Shown here: positions 30,844 through 40,858 of the stretch, one piece after another
Layout: each line of letters starts with the position of its first letter
How positions within the stretch are numbered: position 1 is the first letter of the stretch
NCBI GenBank assembly: GCA_963708075.1
Contig: OY970194.1
Coordinates: forward strand, 7,451,526-7,515,525
Direction of reading: 5' to 3'
Source: Sedimentisphaerales bacterium
Lineage (GTDB): Bacteria; Planctomycetota; Phycisphaerae; Sedimentisphaerales; Anaerobacaceae
Length of the DNA: 64,000 nucleotides
Notes under the pieces: generated by a model
The model's database searches: none
Seen by the model: only the letters and a program-made list of their open reading frames with translations
What the model was told of the DNA's origin: nothing
Program-made: the position numbers and the translations under genes

Positions 30844-31518
30844 ATGAGACACCTGCTGATTGCTTCTGTGGCCACACTGTTCACTGCTTCGCTGCTGATT
30901 GTGCCGGTCATGGCTGGGGACTCTGCCGGACCGATTGTACCGCGAGAGAAGACCATCCTGTGGAACGGCAAGGATTTCGCGGGCTGGCAACGGTTTCTGC
31001 CGGACCCGTCGAAGGACGTGGACAAGACCTGGTCTATCGAGAATGGGCTGCTGCGCTGCACAGGCGCTCCGGCCGGCTACATGCGGACCGAGAAATCGTA
31101 TGCGGATTACCACCTGCACGTTGAATGGCGCTGGCCCGCCAAGCCCGGCAACAACGGTGTCCTCGTGCACATGAGCGGCGAAGACAAGGTTTGGCCGAGG
31201 AGCCTCGAGTGCCAGTTGGCGTCGGGCAATGCGGGCGACTTCTGGGTGATCGACGGCCTCGAATTCGCCGAGCATGCCAAAGGCGGCAGCCGGGTCAAGG
31301 AACGCCGGACCATCAAGCTCCAGGAGAGCAGCGAGAAGCCGCCTGGCGAATGGAACCAGTACGATATCCTCTGCAAGGATGACTGGGTCGTCGTGCTCGT
31401 CAATGGCGTGCTGCAGAACGTGGCGACGAAATGCTCGGACAAGTCCGGCAAGATCTGCCTCCAGAGCGAGGGCGCCCCGATCGAATACCGCAACATCTGG
31501 ATCGAGCCGCTGGAGTAG
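30844..31518 (+). CDS. DUF1080 family protein
   Basis: Signal peptide; 'LWNGKDFAGW', 'EWRW...GNNG', 'ECQL' and 'ICLQSEG..IEYRNI'. Confidence 0.9.
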   Translation: MRHLLIASVATLFTASLLIVPVMAGDSAGPIVPREKTILWNGKDFAGWQRFLPDPSKDVDKTWSIENGLLRCTGAPAGYMRTEKSYADYHLHVEWRWPAKPGNNGVLVHMSGEDKVWPRSLECQLASGNAGDFWVIDGLEFAEHAKGGSRVKERRTIKLQESSEKPPGEWNQYDILCKDDWVVVLVNGVLQNVATKCSDKSGKICLQSEGAPIEYRNIWIEPLE

Positions 31519-31586
31519 TATTCTCTCCCGGATTCGTCGCACGCGGTCAATCGCGAGGCGTAAGAGCGTAAGAGAAATCCGTGGGG

Positions 31587-31610
31587 GCGGGCCTCGGCGC
31601 CCGCTTTTTT
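31587..31610 (+). terminator. Putative intrinsic terminator
   Basis: GCGGGC-loop-GCCCGC hairpin followed by T6. Confidence 0.6.
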
Positions 31611-31614
31611 ATTG

Positions 31615-32298
31615 ATGAACGCCGTGCGGAGTGAAGTAGTGAAGCCTTCTGCGAGAATCCGCCGTTATCAGCCTGCCGACCGTCCGGCGGTCCGACAGAT
31701 CGCCTGTGATACCGCCGACGCGGGCAAGCCGGTGGAGGGGTTCTTTCGCGACCGCGAGACTGTCGCCGACGTGGTTACTCGCTACTACACCGACTATGAG
31801 CCGGGGTCACTCTGGGTGGCCGAATGCGACGGTCAGATCGTCGGCTACCTGACCGGCTGCCTGGACACGCGAAAGCAGGAGCGAGTGACGAGAAAGCAGA
31901 TTCTGCCGAAAGCGATCGTCGGCGCGATTGCCCGTGGGGTCTTGTGGCACACCGATGCATGGCATTTGCTGGCGGCATTTGCCGGAACGGTGATCCTCGG
32001 CGGCTTCCCGCATCCCATCGATCTGATTGCGTACCCGGCCCATCTTCACATCAATATCCGCGAGGGTTTTCGCGGCGGGGGGCTCGGGCCGCAGCTTGTG
32101 GAAGCCTTCCGGCAGCAGGCCAGCCGCGCCGGGGTCCGGGGCATTCATGTCGTTACGCGAGGCGACAATGCCGGCGGCCGGGGGTTCTTCGAGAAGATGG
32201 GGTTCAAGCTCTTGTGCGAGAAGCCGCTGATCATGCCGGCAGGGGCGCGGTTCAGGAGGATATCGACGGCCGTATACGGGTGGAGCCGGGAGAAATGA
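31615..32298 (+). CDS. GNAT family N-acetyltransferase
   Basis: 'YPAHLHINI...FRGGGLG..L' and 'N.GGRGFFEKMGF'. Confidence 0.88.
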   Translation: MNAVRSEVVKPSARIRRYQPADRPAVRQIACDTADAGKPVEGFFRDRETVADVVTRYYTDYEPGSLWVAECDGQIVGYLTGCLDTRKQERVTRKQILPKAIVGAIARGVLWHTDAWHLLAAFAGTVILGGFPHPIDLIAYPAHLHINIREGFRGGGLGPQLVEAFRQQASRAGVRGIHVVTRGDNAGGRGFFEKMGFKLLCEKPLIMPAGARFRRISTAVYGWSREK

Positions 32299-32299
32299 T

Positions 32300-33718
32300 A
32301 TGCGATACGGGAGTCTCGTTGGCGTGATCGTCGTGGCAGCGGTCGTGGCTGTACCGATCCTGTGGCTTGGCGGTCCCAAGAGGATCATGCAGACGAGCGA
32401 ACTGCCCAAAGCCCGCGTGGCGTTGAACTCGCAGGACCGCGTGCTGGTCCTGGCGCCACACCCGGACGATGAAGTCCTGGGTTGCGGCGGGGTCATCCAG
32501 CAGGCGGTCGCCCTGGGCCTGCCCGTCCAGATCGCGTTCCTCACGTATGGGGACTTCTACGAGCACTCGTTCATCGTGTACAAGAAGCGGCCGGTCCTGA
32601 CCGCCCGAGGCGTGCAGGGCATGGGGGAGATCCGCCACGATGAGGCGGTGGCCGCCGACTCCGTGCTGGGCGTTCCCAGGGACAATCTCCGCTTCTTCGG
32701 CTATCCGGACTTCGGAACCCTGCCAATGTTCGACACCGCCTGGGGCGACGCTCCGTCGGTCCGGGGCATCCTCTCGAGGGCCACGGCCGTCCCGTACGCC
32801 AACGCGGTCCGTCCCGGCGCGCCGTACAAAGGAGAGGAGGTCCTCAAGGACCTCACGGCGCTGCTGCGGGAATTCCGGCCGACCCAGGTCTTCATCTCGC
32901 ATCCGGCGGACCATCACCCCGACCACAGGGCCATGTACGCATTCACCCGCGTATGCCTGTTCGATCTCGAGAAGGAGATGTCGCCGCAGGTGCACCCGTA
33001 CCTTGTACACTACGCGAGCTGGCCGATTCCCCATGGCTATCATCCGGATAAGCCTCTGGCGCCGCCGGGATGGCTCTGCAAGGAAATCCCGTGGCGGATC
33101 GATCCGCTGGATCCGCCGATGGTCGGCGTGAAACTGGACGCGCTCAAAAAGCACCGAACGCAGTACGAGACCACGCCGGGGTTTCTCAGTGCGTTTGTCA
33201 GGTCCGACGAGCTCTTCGGCGATTTTCCCGATATCCTGCTTGATGTCAACGCTCCCTCTCACTCCACGTCGGAAAACACGCTTGGCAAGGCCGCGGAGGT
33301 CGGGGTCGTAGAAGAGGAACCCGCGTATCTCGTCGGAATCGTCAAGCGAACGGTGAAGATCGAGAACGATGCCCTGGTGCTGTCGCTGGACTTGACGCAC
33401 TCTCTGGCCAGGGAGGTCGGGTCGTCCGCGTATCTCTTCGGCTATCGCAGCGACCGGCCCTTTCCGGAGATGCCCAAGCTCCACATCAAACTGGGCGCAA
33501 TCAGCCATGAGCTGTACGATGGGCGCCGGCGGATTCCCTGGGACCGAATCGCCGTCGCGCGCGCGGGGCGGCACATCGATATCCGCGTGCCGCTGGACAT
33601 GATGGGCAGCCCGCAGAGAATCCTGACCAGCGCCAAGACCTACGCGGGAGACATCCCCCTCGATTGGGCGGCATGGCGAATCCTGGACGTGCGCAACGTG
33701 CCGGCCGCAAAGCCATGA
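32300..33718 (+). CDS. PIG-L/LmbE family deacetylase, N-terminally anchored, with C-terminal extension
   Basis: 'APHPDDE', 'R..EA', 'GYPD', 'DHHPDH' and 'HRTQ'. Confidence 0.88.
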   Translation: MRYGSLVGVIVVAAVVAVPILWLGGPKRIMQTSELPKARVALNSQDRVLVLAPHPDDEVLGCGGVIQQAVALGLPVQIAFLTYGDFYEHSFIVYKKRPVLTARGVQGMGEIRHDEAVAADSVLGVPRDNLRFFGYPDFGTLPMFDTAWGDAPSVRGILSRATAVPYANAVRPGAPYKGEEVLKDLTALLREFRPTQVFISHPADHHPDHRAMYAFTRVCLFDLEKEMSPQVHPYLVHYASWPIPHGYHPDKPLAPPGWLCKEIPWRIDPLDPPMVGVKLDALKKHRTQYETTPGFLSAFVRSDELFGDFPDILLDVNAPSHSTSENTLGKAAEVGVVEEEPAYLVGIVKRTVKIENDALVLSLDLTHSLAREVGSSAYLFGYRSDRPFPEMPKLHIKLGAISHELYDGRRRIPWDRIAVARAGRHIDIRVPLDMMGSPQRILTSAKTYAGDIPLDWAAWRILDVRNVPAAKP

Positions 33719-33810
33719 CGCGGTGCCCTGTCGCCGGAAGTCCCCGGGACGCACAGGGACCAGGAAGGCAGGGGGGACATTCTTTTTTGACACGGTTGAT
33801 GCTCCGTGGC

Positions 33811-33837
33811 CGAACCTTTCGAACCACCCCTACGTAC
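33811..33837 (+). promoter_or_regulatory. Putative sigmaE-type ECF promoter of degP
   Basis: GAACC-N16-CGTA upstream of degP. Confidence 0.45.
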
Positions 33838-33988
33838 AATACCGCAATAGATGTCCCTCCGCAGCAGTGACAAGATCGAAATGCTCTAAAGTCGCCTGCA
33901 TTTCGTCCTGTCCAATGGGGGTGCTGTTCAAGTGGATTCCGTTGTGAGGATTGATTCAGGTGAACAAGAGCTGTCATGGGAGGTTAAC

Positions 33989-35463
33989 ATGAGTCGGCGA
34001 AACAGAATGGTGGAGTCTGTACCCGGGACTGTGACATTTCTCGGTGTGTTGTTCGTCTCGATGCTGGTGACGGCGGGTCCTGCGCCGGCCCAGAGCCGCA
34101 CGGAGGCGGCGAGAGAATTGTCGAAGGCGTTCTCGACAACTGCCAAGGCGGCGATGCCCGCCGTGGTGTCCATCCGGGTGGAGAAGGCGATCCAGACGAA
34201 CCCGGAGGCTTACGGTCCCTTCGGCCGCAACGACCCGTTTGGCCAGTTCGACGATGAGTCTCTGCGCAGGTTCTTTGGCGGCAGGCTGCCCCAACGACAG
34301 GGGCCTCAGAAATACCTGGAGCGGGGACAGGGCTCCGGCTTCATCATCAGCGAAGATGGCTATATCCTGACGAACAACCACGTGGTCGGGGACGTGGACA
34401 AGATCACGGTCGAGCTCCAGGACGGCCGCAAGTTCACCAATGCCAAGCTCATCGGGACCGACCCGGACTCGGAGGTGGCCCTGATCAAGATCGAGGGCAA
34501 CAGCTTCCCCGTGCTGCCGATGGGCGATTCCGACAAGATCGAGATCGGCGATTGGGTGATCGCGATCGGCAATCCGTTCGGGCTCAATGAGACAGTCACG
34601 GTGGGCGTCGTCAGCGCCGTGGGCGCAGCAACATGCACATCGCCGCCTACGAGAATTTCATCCAGACGGACGCCGCCATCAACCCGGGCAACTCGGGAGG
34701 GCCGCTGATCGACCTCGACGGCAAAGTCATCGGCATCAATACGGCCATTGTCAGCCAAAGCGGCGGCTACATGGGAATCGGCTTTGCCATTCCCGTCAAT
34801 ATGGCCAGAACCATCGGAGAGCAGTTGAAGAGCGGCGGCAAGGTCAGTCGCGGCTTTCTGGGCGTCTATGGCCAGGATGTCACGCCCGATGTGGCGGAAC
34901 TGCTGGGCCTGAAGGAGTCGGGCGGCGCGCTCGTCGCGCAGGTGGAAAAGGGCTCGCCCGCCGACAAGGCCGGACTCAAGAGCCACGATGTGATTCTGGA
35001 GATGAACGGCAAGAAGATCCAGTCCTATGACGCGTTTCGCAACGAGATCGCCACGTTACGGCCGGGTAGCGCCATTCATCTCAATGCCTCGCGTGACGGC
35101 AAACCGCTCGAACTCACTGTTACATTGGGCGAGCGGCCCGGAACCGCCGCACAGGCGCAGGAACCCGCCGAGGAGCCCGAACAAAGCCTCGGATTGCAGG
35201 TCCAGAATTTGACGAAGGAACTGGCCGACCAACTGGGCTATGAGTTGGGCGAAGGGGTCGTTGTCTCGGGGGTAGTGCCGGGCAGTCCGGCGGATGAGGA
35301 GGGAATTGAGCGCGGAGACCTCATCCTCTCGGTCAACCGAGGCAAGGTGACTGACGTCAATGAGTTTCTGAAGGCCGTCAGGCAGTCGCGAAAGAACGGC
35401 AAGGTGCTCCTGCTCGTCAAACGCGGGGATACCTCGCAGTTCGTAGTCGTTTCGTTCGAATAA
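33989..35463 (+). CDS. degP: DegP/HtrA serine protease with two PDZ domains; apparent 1-nt deletion at ~34622
   Basis: 'GSGFII...LTNNHVV', 'IGNPFGL' and '[16 protein letters not shown]'. Adding one base restores [17 protein letters not shown]. Confidence 0.92.
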
Positions 35464-35705
35464 CTCGCAACGCATGGTCCTTGATCCGTGGCCGGGGGTG
35501 CTCGCTCTCGTGAGTGCCTCCGGCCCGATTCATTTCTGGACCTCCGGCACGAATTCTCGTAGAATCGGGCTTGGGGTGCCATGCTTACGCTTGCGTAAGC
35601 ATGTTGTGCCCATCCCGACGAGCATGTCTACGCGAGCGTAGATATGGCACCCTGGCAACGGGCCTCGAACAAGGATCATAACGAAACAGTACTACTGAGG
35701 CATCT

Positions 35706-36557
35706 ATGAAGGTCCTGGTAGCAGAGAAATGCGGGTTTTGTCCCGGCGTGCGGAACGCGATCAGTACGGCGGAGAGGGTTCTGGCTCAGTCGGACGGGAG
35801 CGAGCCCGTGTATTGTCTCGGGCCGATCATTCACAACGAGGATGTCGTGGAGCGGCTGGCCAGCGCCGGTCTGCACACGGTGGAATCGGTGGACGAGGTT
35901 GACTGCGGCACGGTGCTGATCCGCTCGCACGGCGTGGCGCCGAGAGAACTGGACCGACTTCGGCAGAAGGGCCTGCACATCGTGGACGCCACCTGCGTGC
36001 TGGTCAAACGCGTCCAGCAGATTGCCAAGCAGCTTGAGCAGGAGGGGTACGAGGTCGTCATCATCGGGGAGGAAAACCACCCGGAGGTGCAGGGCGTGAT
36101 GGGCTGCGTGAATGCCGTGGTCGTCGTGGCCGACGAGGGCGATCTGGACAGACTGCCGCGGGATGGCCGGCTCGGTATTGTCTGCCAGACGACGCAAAGC
36201 CCGGAGCACCTGGGCAAAATGCTCGGGATTATCGGCCGTGGCAGCTTCAGCGAGCTGAAAGTCATCAACACACTGTGCAAGGAGGCGATCAAGAGGCAGG
36301 AGTCGGCCATTGCCCTGTGCAAGACGGTCGATATCATGTTCGTCCTCGGCGGGCTTCACAGCGCCAATACCCGCCGGCTGGCCGAACTGTGCAAAAAACA
36401 CAACAGTGCAACGTTTCACTTGCAAAATTGGGATGAGCTCGATAAAAATGTACTGTTTGGCAGGACTATCGCCGGAGTGACGGCCGGAGCATCGACGCCC
36501 AACTGGGTGATTGACGAATTCGTCAACCACCTGGAGGCGTTCGACCCGGTACGCTGA
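35706..36557 (+). CDS. ispH: 4-hydroxy-3-methylbut-2-enyl diphosphate reductase
   Basis: 'GFCPGV', 'IIHN', 'RSHG', 'DATC', 'HPEV', 'SANT' and 'TAGASTP'. Confidence 0.96.
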   Translation: MKVLVAEKCGFCPGVRNAISTAERVLAQSDGSEPVYCLGPIIHNEDVVERLASAGLHTVESVDEVDCGTVLIRSHGVAPRELDRLRQKGLHIVDATCVLVKRVQQIAKQLEQEGYEVVIIGEENHPEVQGVMGCVNAVVVVADEGDLDRLPRDGRLGIVCQTTQSPEHLGKMLGIIGRGSFSELKVINTLCKEAIKRQESAIALCKTVDIMFVLGGLHSANTRRLAELCKKHNSATFHLQNWDELDKNVLFGRTIAGVTAGASTPNWVIDEFVNHLEAFDPVR

Positions 36558-36717
36558 GGCGGCCTGCGGCTCTCTTCGAATTGGATTGCCCCTGCTGCGT
36601 GGGCAGGGGCGTTGGAAGGCGCGAATGGTCGCGCGTTTATCTTCTGTGATGATCGGCCGGTGTGTATGTGGGGCGCCGGCGGATTGAATGAACAGACTCC
36701 ACAAGGGACCAGACGTT

Positions 36718-38619
36718 ATGGTAGATCGAAATCTTTTTGGAAAGTTGGGTTTGTCCGAGGACAAGCTCGAAGAGCAGGTCAGTCAATTATTTGGCGAGAA
36801 CGAGACCCAGTATCTCGAACAGACCTTGCAGAAAAAGGTGGATTCTCGCCTGCCGGGCACCATTCTCAAGGGCACCATCGTTTCGCAAATCGGCAACGAC
36901 GTGATTGTCGAGGTGGGCCTCAAGAGCGAGGGCGTGGTGGACGCCGGCGAATTTGACAGTCCCGAGGACGCGGCGCCGGGCAGGGAGATCGAAGTTCTGC
37001 TCGAAGACACGGATTCCGAGAGCGGGCTGATTCTCCTGAGCAAGCGCAAGGCCGACACGATTCGCGGCTGGGAATACATCATCAATACGAAGAAGGAAGG
37101 CGATGTCGTCAACGGCAAGGTCATCCGCCGCATCAAGGGCGGCTTGCTCGTCGATATCGGCGTGCCGGTTTTCCTGCCGGCCTCCCAGGTCGATATCCGC
37201 AAGCCCGGCGACATCAGCCGCTTCATCGGCAAGGATATTCAGTGCAAAGTCCTCAAGATCGACGTGGAGAACCGCAACATCGTGGTCTCGCGGCGAAAAC
37301 TGATCGAGGAGGAACGCAAGGCCAGCAAAGAGAAGATCCTCAACGAGATCGAGGTCGGCCAGCTTCGCAAGGGTATCGTCAAGAACATCGCCGATTTCGG
37401 CGTGTTCGTCGATCTGGGCGGCCTGGACGGCCTGCTGCATATCTCGGACCTGAGCTGGGGCCGCATTTCCCATCCGTCGGAAGTGGTGAACCTGGACCAG
37501 GAAATCGAGTGTGTCGTGATCGGGGTGGACAAGGAAAGCGAGAAGATCTCGCTGGGCCTCAAGCAGAAGTCGCCGAGCCCGTGGGAAACGGTCGAGGAGA
37601 AGTATCCCGTCGGTTCCAAGGTCCGGGGCAAGGTCGTCAACGTGATGAATTATGGCGTGTTCGTCCGGCTGGAAGACGGGATCGAAGGACTCGTCCACAT
37701 CAGCGAGATGAGCTGGACTCGCCGCCTGTCCCATCCGAGCGAGATGGTCAATCTCGGCGACGAGATCGACGTCGTCGTGCTCAACGTCAACAAGGAGAAG
37801 CAGGAAATCTCCCTGGGCATCAAGCAGACGGAGCCGAATCCGTGGGAACTGGCGGCCCGCAAGTATCCGCCGGGAACCATCGTGACGGCCGCCGTACGAA
37901 GCATGACCAATTTCGGCGCGTTCGTCGAGATCGAGCCGGGCATCGACGGCATGATCCACATCTCCGACCTGAGCTGGACACGCAAGTTCGGCCATCCGAG
38001 CGAAGCCCTGCAGAAGGGCCAGGAAGTCAAGTGCGTCGTCCTCGAAGTGAACGAGGAGAAGCAGCGGATTTCGCTCGGCATGAAGCAGATGAGCGAGGAT
38101 CCCTGGATTCGAGCGATTCCCGAGAAGTACATCCCGGGTCACATCATCAAGGGCAAGATCGCCAAACTGACCAATTTCGGCGCGTTTGTCGAGTTGGAGC
38201 CCGATCTGGAAGGCCTGCTGCACATTTCCGAGCTGGCCGACCACAAGATCGACAAGCCCCAGGATGTCGTCAAGCCTGGCGATGAAGTGGAAGTGAAGAT
38301 CCTGAAGGTCGATCCCGAGGCTCGCAAGATCGGTTTGAGCCTGCGTCGGGTGCAGTGGGCTGCCGAGGAGCATGCGGCGCCTTCGGCGCCGAAGAAGGCA
38401 CCCCGGCGGGGTGAGCCCCAGGTCGCCGCTCCTACGACGGTCTCTGCGGGCGGCGATACTCTGCGGGTCAAAGAGGCGCTGCAGCGTCGGGCCGACGCCA
38501 AGCGGGAAAAGGCCGCGAAGGAATCTGGGGCTGCCGAAGAAGGCGCCGGCGAACAGGCTCCTGCTGAAGAAGCCGAGGCGCCTGAGGCCGATCAGCAAAA
38601 CGAGCAGCCCGCTCAATAG
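36718..38619 (+). CDS. rpsA: 30S ribosomal protein S1
   Basis: Six S1 repeats ('FGVFVDLGGLDGLLHISDLSW' etc.) and an Ala/Glu-rich tail. Confidence 0.97.
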   Translation: MVDRNLFGKLGLSEDKLEEQVSQLFGENETQYLEQTLQKKVDSRLPGTILKGTIVSQIGNDVIVEVGLKSEGVVDAGEFDSPEDAAPGREIEVLLEDTDSESGLILLSKRKADTIRGWEYIINTKKEGDVVNGKVIRRIKGGLLVDIGVPVFLPASQVDIRKPGDISRFIGKDIQCKVLKIDVENRNIVVSRRKLIEEERKASKEKILNEIEVGQLRKGIVKNIADFGVFVDLGGLDGLLHISDLSWGRISHPSEVVNLDQEIECVVIGVDKESEKISLGLKQKSPSPWETVEEKYPVGSKVRGKVVNVMNYGVFVRLEDGIEGLVHISEMSWTRRLSHPSEMVNLGDEIDVVVLNVNKEKQEISLGIKQTEPNPWELAARKYPPGTIVTAAVRSMTNFGAFVEIEPGIDGMIHISDLSWTRKFGHPSEALQKGQEVKCVVLEVNEEKQRISLGMKQMSEDPWIRAIPEKYIPGHIIKGKIAKLTNFGAFVELEPDLEGLLHISELADHKIDKPQDVVKPGDEVEVKILKVDPEARKIGLSLRRVQWAAEEHAAPSAPKKAPRRGEPQVAAPTTVSAGGDTLRVKEALQRRADAKREKAAKESGAAEEGAGEQAPAEEAEAPEADQQNEQPAQ

Positions 38620-38905
38620 GGCCGGTCGATGTCGATCAGGGCCGTTGGGGGCACCCCTTATGGCTCTGCCAACGTGAACTCAAGGGCTTTCTCATACGCA
38701 GGTGTGGGAAAGCCCTTTTCATATACCTGCGTGGAACTCCAATTCGTTCGATTTGTGGTTGTTGGCGGCTCGGCTGTCACTACGCCGCAAGCAGATGGCT
38801 TGCATGCCGGCGGACAGTCCGAGAATCCCCGGCCTGACTCTGTGCACAGGGACTCGCCTTCGCTCGTGTCGGACGCTTTCTTTCACACGCCGTTCCCTGT
38901 AATCA

Positions 38906-38934
38906 TTGATGCCGCTGCGGCCGATGGATATAAT
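38906..38934 (+). promoter_or_regulatory. Putative sigma70 promoter
   Basis: TTGATG-N17-TATAAT upstream of the PIN/TRAM gene. Confidence 0.5.
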
Positions 38935-38980
38935 GGCATCGTGTTGATGCCGTCAATGTCATCATTTGGAGGTCATAGCG

Positions 38981-40087
38981 ATGCTGCTATGGGTCTTGAG
39001 AGGCATTTTCTGGGTGGTGCTGGTCGCGTTTATGCTCGCCCAGGCCAGCTCCATCGAGATCGCCCGGGAGGCAGCGGATCGGCAGGCGAATTTCATCGGC
39101 CTGATCGTCAGCGGTTTCGGGATGGGGGCATTCGTCTTTTTCGTTGACGTCCTGACCCCGCGGCGCAAGCTCGGCGCCCTGGCCGGCGTGTTCTTCGCCG
39201 TGATTGTCGGGCTGCTCATCAGCGGCGTCCTGGCCCCGGTCGTGGACATGATCAACAAGTCGTATACGATGCAGATGTCCGACGAAGCGGTCAAGGCGAT
39301 CAAGTGGATCGTTGGCATTTGCATATGCTACCTGACGATCAGTATTGTCGTGCGCACGAAGGACGATGTCCGGTTCGTGATTCCGTATGTGGAGTTCGCC
39401 AAGCAGACGAAGGGGGCCCGGCCTCTGGTGCTCGATACCTCGGCCATTGTGGATGGGCGCATCTCCGACCTGTGCGAGAGCCGCTTCTTCGACGCGCCGG
39501 TGATCGTCCCGCGCTTTGTGCTCAACGAATTGCAGCTCATCGCGGATTCCGCGGACAAGCTCAAGCGAAACCGGGGCCGGCGGGGACTCGACGTGCTCAA
39601 CAAGATGCAGGCCAGCTCCGCGATCGACATCGAAATCGATGAGACCAATGCGGCCGAGATCGAGGAAGCCAAGGGCGTGGACCAGAAATTGCTGGTGTTC
39701 GCCAAGGCCTGCAACGGACGGATCGCCACGACCGATTACAACCTGACCAAGGTCGCCCAGGTGCGCGGCGTCGATGTCGCGAACATCAACGACCTGGCCA
39801 ACCTGCTCAAGGTCGTTGTGCTGCCCGGCGAGCAGATGCGTGTGCGGATCGTCAAACCCGGCGAGGAGGCGGACCAGGGCATCGGCTACCTCGACGACGG
39901 GACGATGGTCGTCGTCGAGAACGGGCGCAACAAGATCGGCAGGGAGGTCGCGATCAGCGTGACAAGCTCGTTGCAGACGTCGGCGGGCAAGATGATCTTC
40001 GGCCGGTTCGAATCATTCCTCTCGCAGGAGGAGGACGGCAGTCCGCGTCGTCCCCCGGCTCGCCGGCCTGCCGGCACAGGGATGTAG
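38981..40087 (+). CDS. Membrane PIN/TRAM domain protein (YacL-like)
   Basis: 4 TM helices; 'LDTSAIVDGRI', 'RGRRGLDVL', 'GIGYLDDGTMVVVE' and 'LQTSAGKMIF'; GGAGG RBS. Confidence 0.92.
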   Translation: MLLWVLRGIFWVVLVAFMLAQASSIEIAREAADRQANFIGLIVSGFGMGAFVFFVDVLTPRRKLGALAGVFFAVIVGLLISGVLAPVVDMINKSYTMQMSDEAVKAIKWIVGICICYLTISIVVRTKDDVRFVIPYVEFAKQTKGARPLVLDTSAIVDGRISDLCESRFFDAPVIVPRFVLNELQLIADSADKLKRNRGRRGLDVLNKMQASSAIDIEIDETNAAEIEEAKGVDQKLLVFAKACNGRIATTDYNLTKVAQVRGVDVANINDLANLLKVVVLPGEQMRVRIVKPGEEADQGIGYLDDGTMVVVENGRNKIGREVAISVTSSLQTSAGKMIFGRFESFLSQEEDGSPRRPPARRPAGTGM

Positions 40088-40144
40088 GGAGAGCAGTTGC
40101 GTTTGTTGCGGTCTCGGGAATGGGACCCATAGGACTGATGGGAC

Positions 40145-40834
40145 CTATGACGGCTCCGCGAATGCCTGGACGGGCGATCTGCGAAGAGACATCACAGACG
40201 CTGTGACACCGATGGCGTAACCGATAGCGAACAGTGCCGGATAAAAGTGGCTTGCATAGTCCGGCTGGTCGATGTGCACACCCGCGAGGCAGAAGCTCAC
40301 CACAATGATGACGGCGGCCGCCAGCCAGCCGAGTGTTTCCCAGCGTGTCACCAGCAAGGGCTGGCCCTGCGCACTACGATAGAGGATCGCCACCGCGAAC
40401 GCGAATGTCGCCATTGAGGCGAGAACCGGGTAGAGCACCGGGGACGCCCAGACCACCGGGATCAGGAATAGGACGTCCCAGTCCAGCAGTGTCGCGGGCC
40501 AGTCCAGCAGCACCTTCAGCCAGACGTAGTAGAAGATATCCCAGACGGCGAAGATGAGCATGAACCAGGCGACAGTCTCCTGACGCTTCCTGCTGAAGAG
40601 CCAGGCGGCCGTCAGGATGAGCACCAGCGTTGCCGCCTCCCGCCCGACCTCCGTCAGCAGGAGATGCCTGCCTTGTGGCGTTAGAGCAAAGACCTGCATC
40701 GGGAAGTTGAAGCCGTGGGGATGAAAAATCGCACGCAGATCGACCACGACGGCCGATTCGATGTAGCCAAAGGCGATGCTGAAAACAATAGCCACCAGGA
40801 GTCGTTTCAGCATCTGTTGGATATTATCGGTCAT
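40145..40834 (-). CDS. Conserved-looking integral membrane protein
   Basis: 6 TM helices; 'E.AVVV.LR', 'REAATL', 'WDIFYY.WL' and 'WDVLFLIP'. Confidence 0.75.
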   Translation of the reverse strand: MTDNIQQMLKRLLVAIVFSIAFGYIESAVVVDLRAIFHPHGFNFPMQVFALTPQGRHLLLTEVGREAATLVLILTAAWLFSRKRQETVAWFMLIFAVWDIFYYVWLKVLLDWPATLLDWDVLFLIPVVWASPVLYPVLASMATFAFAVAILYRSAQGQPLLVTRWETLGWLAAAVIIVVSFCLAGVHIDQPDYASHFYPALFAIGYAIGVTASVMSLRRSPVQAFAEPS

Positions 40835-40858
40835 ACCTGCACTGGATCTTTAACGATT

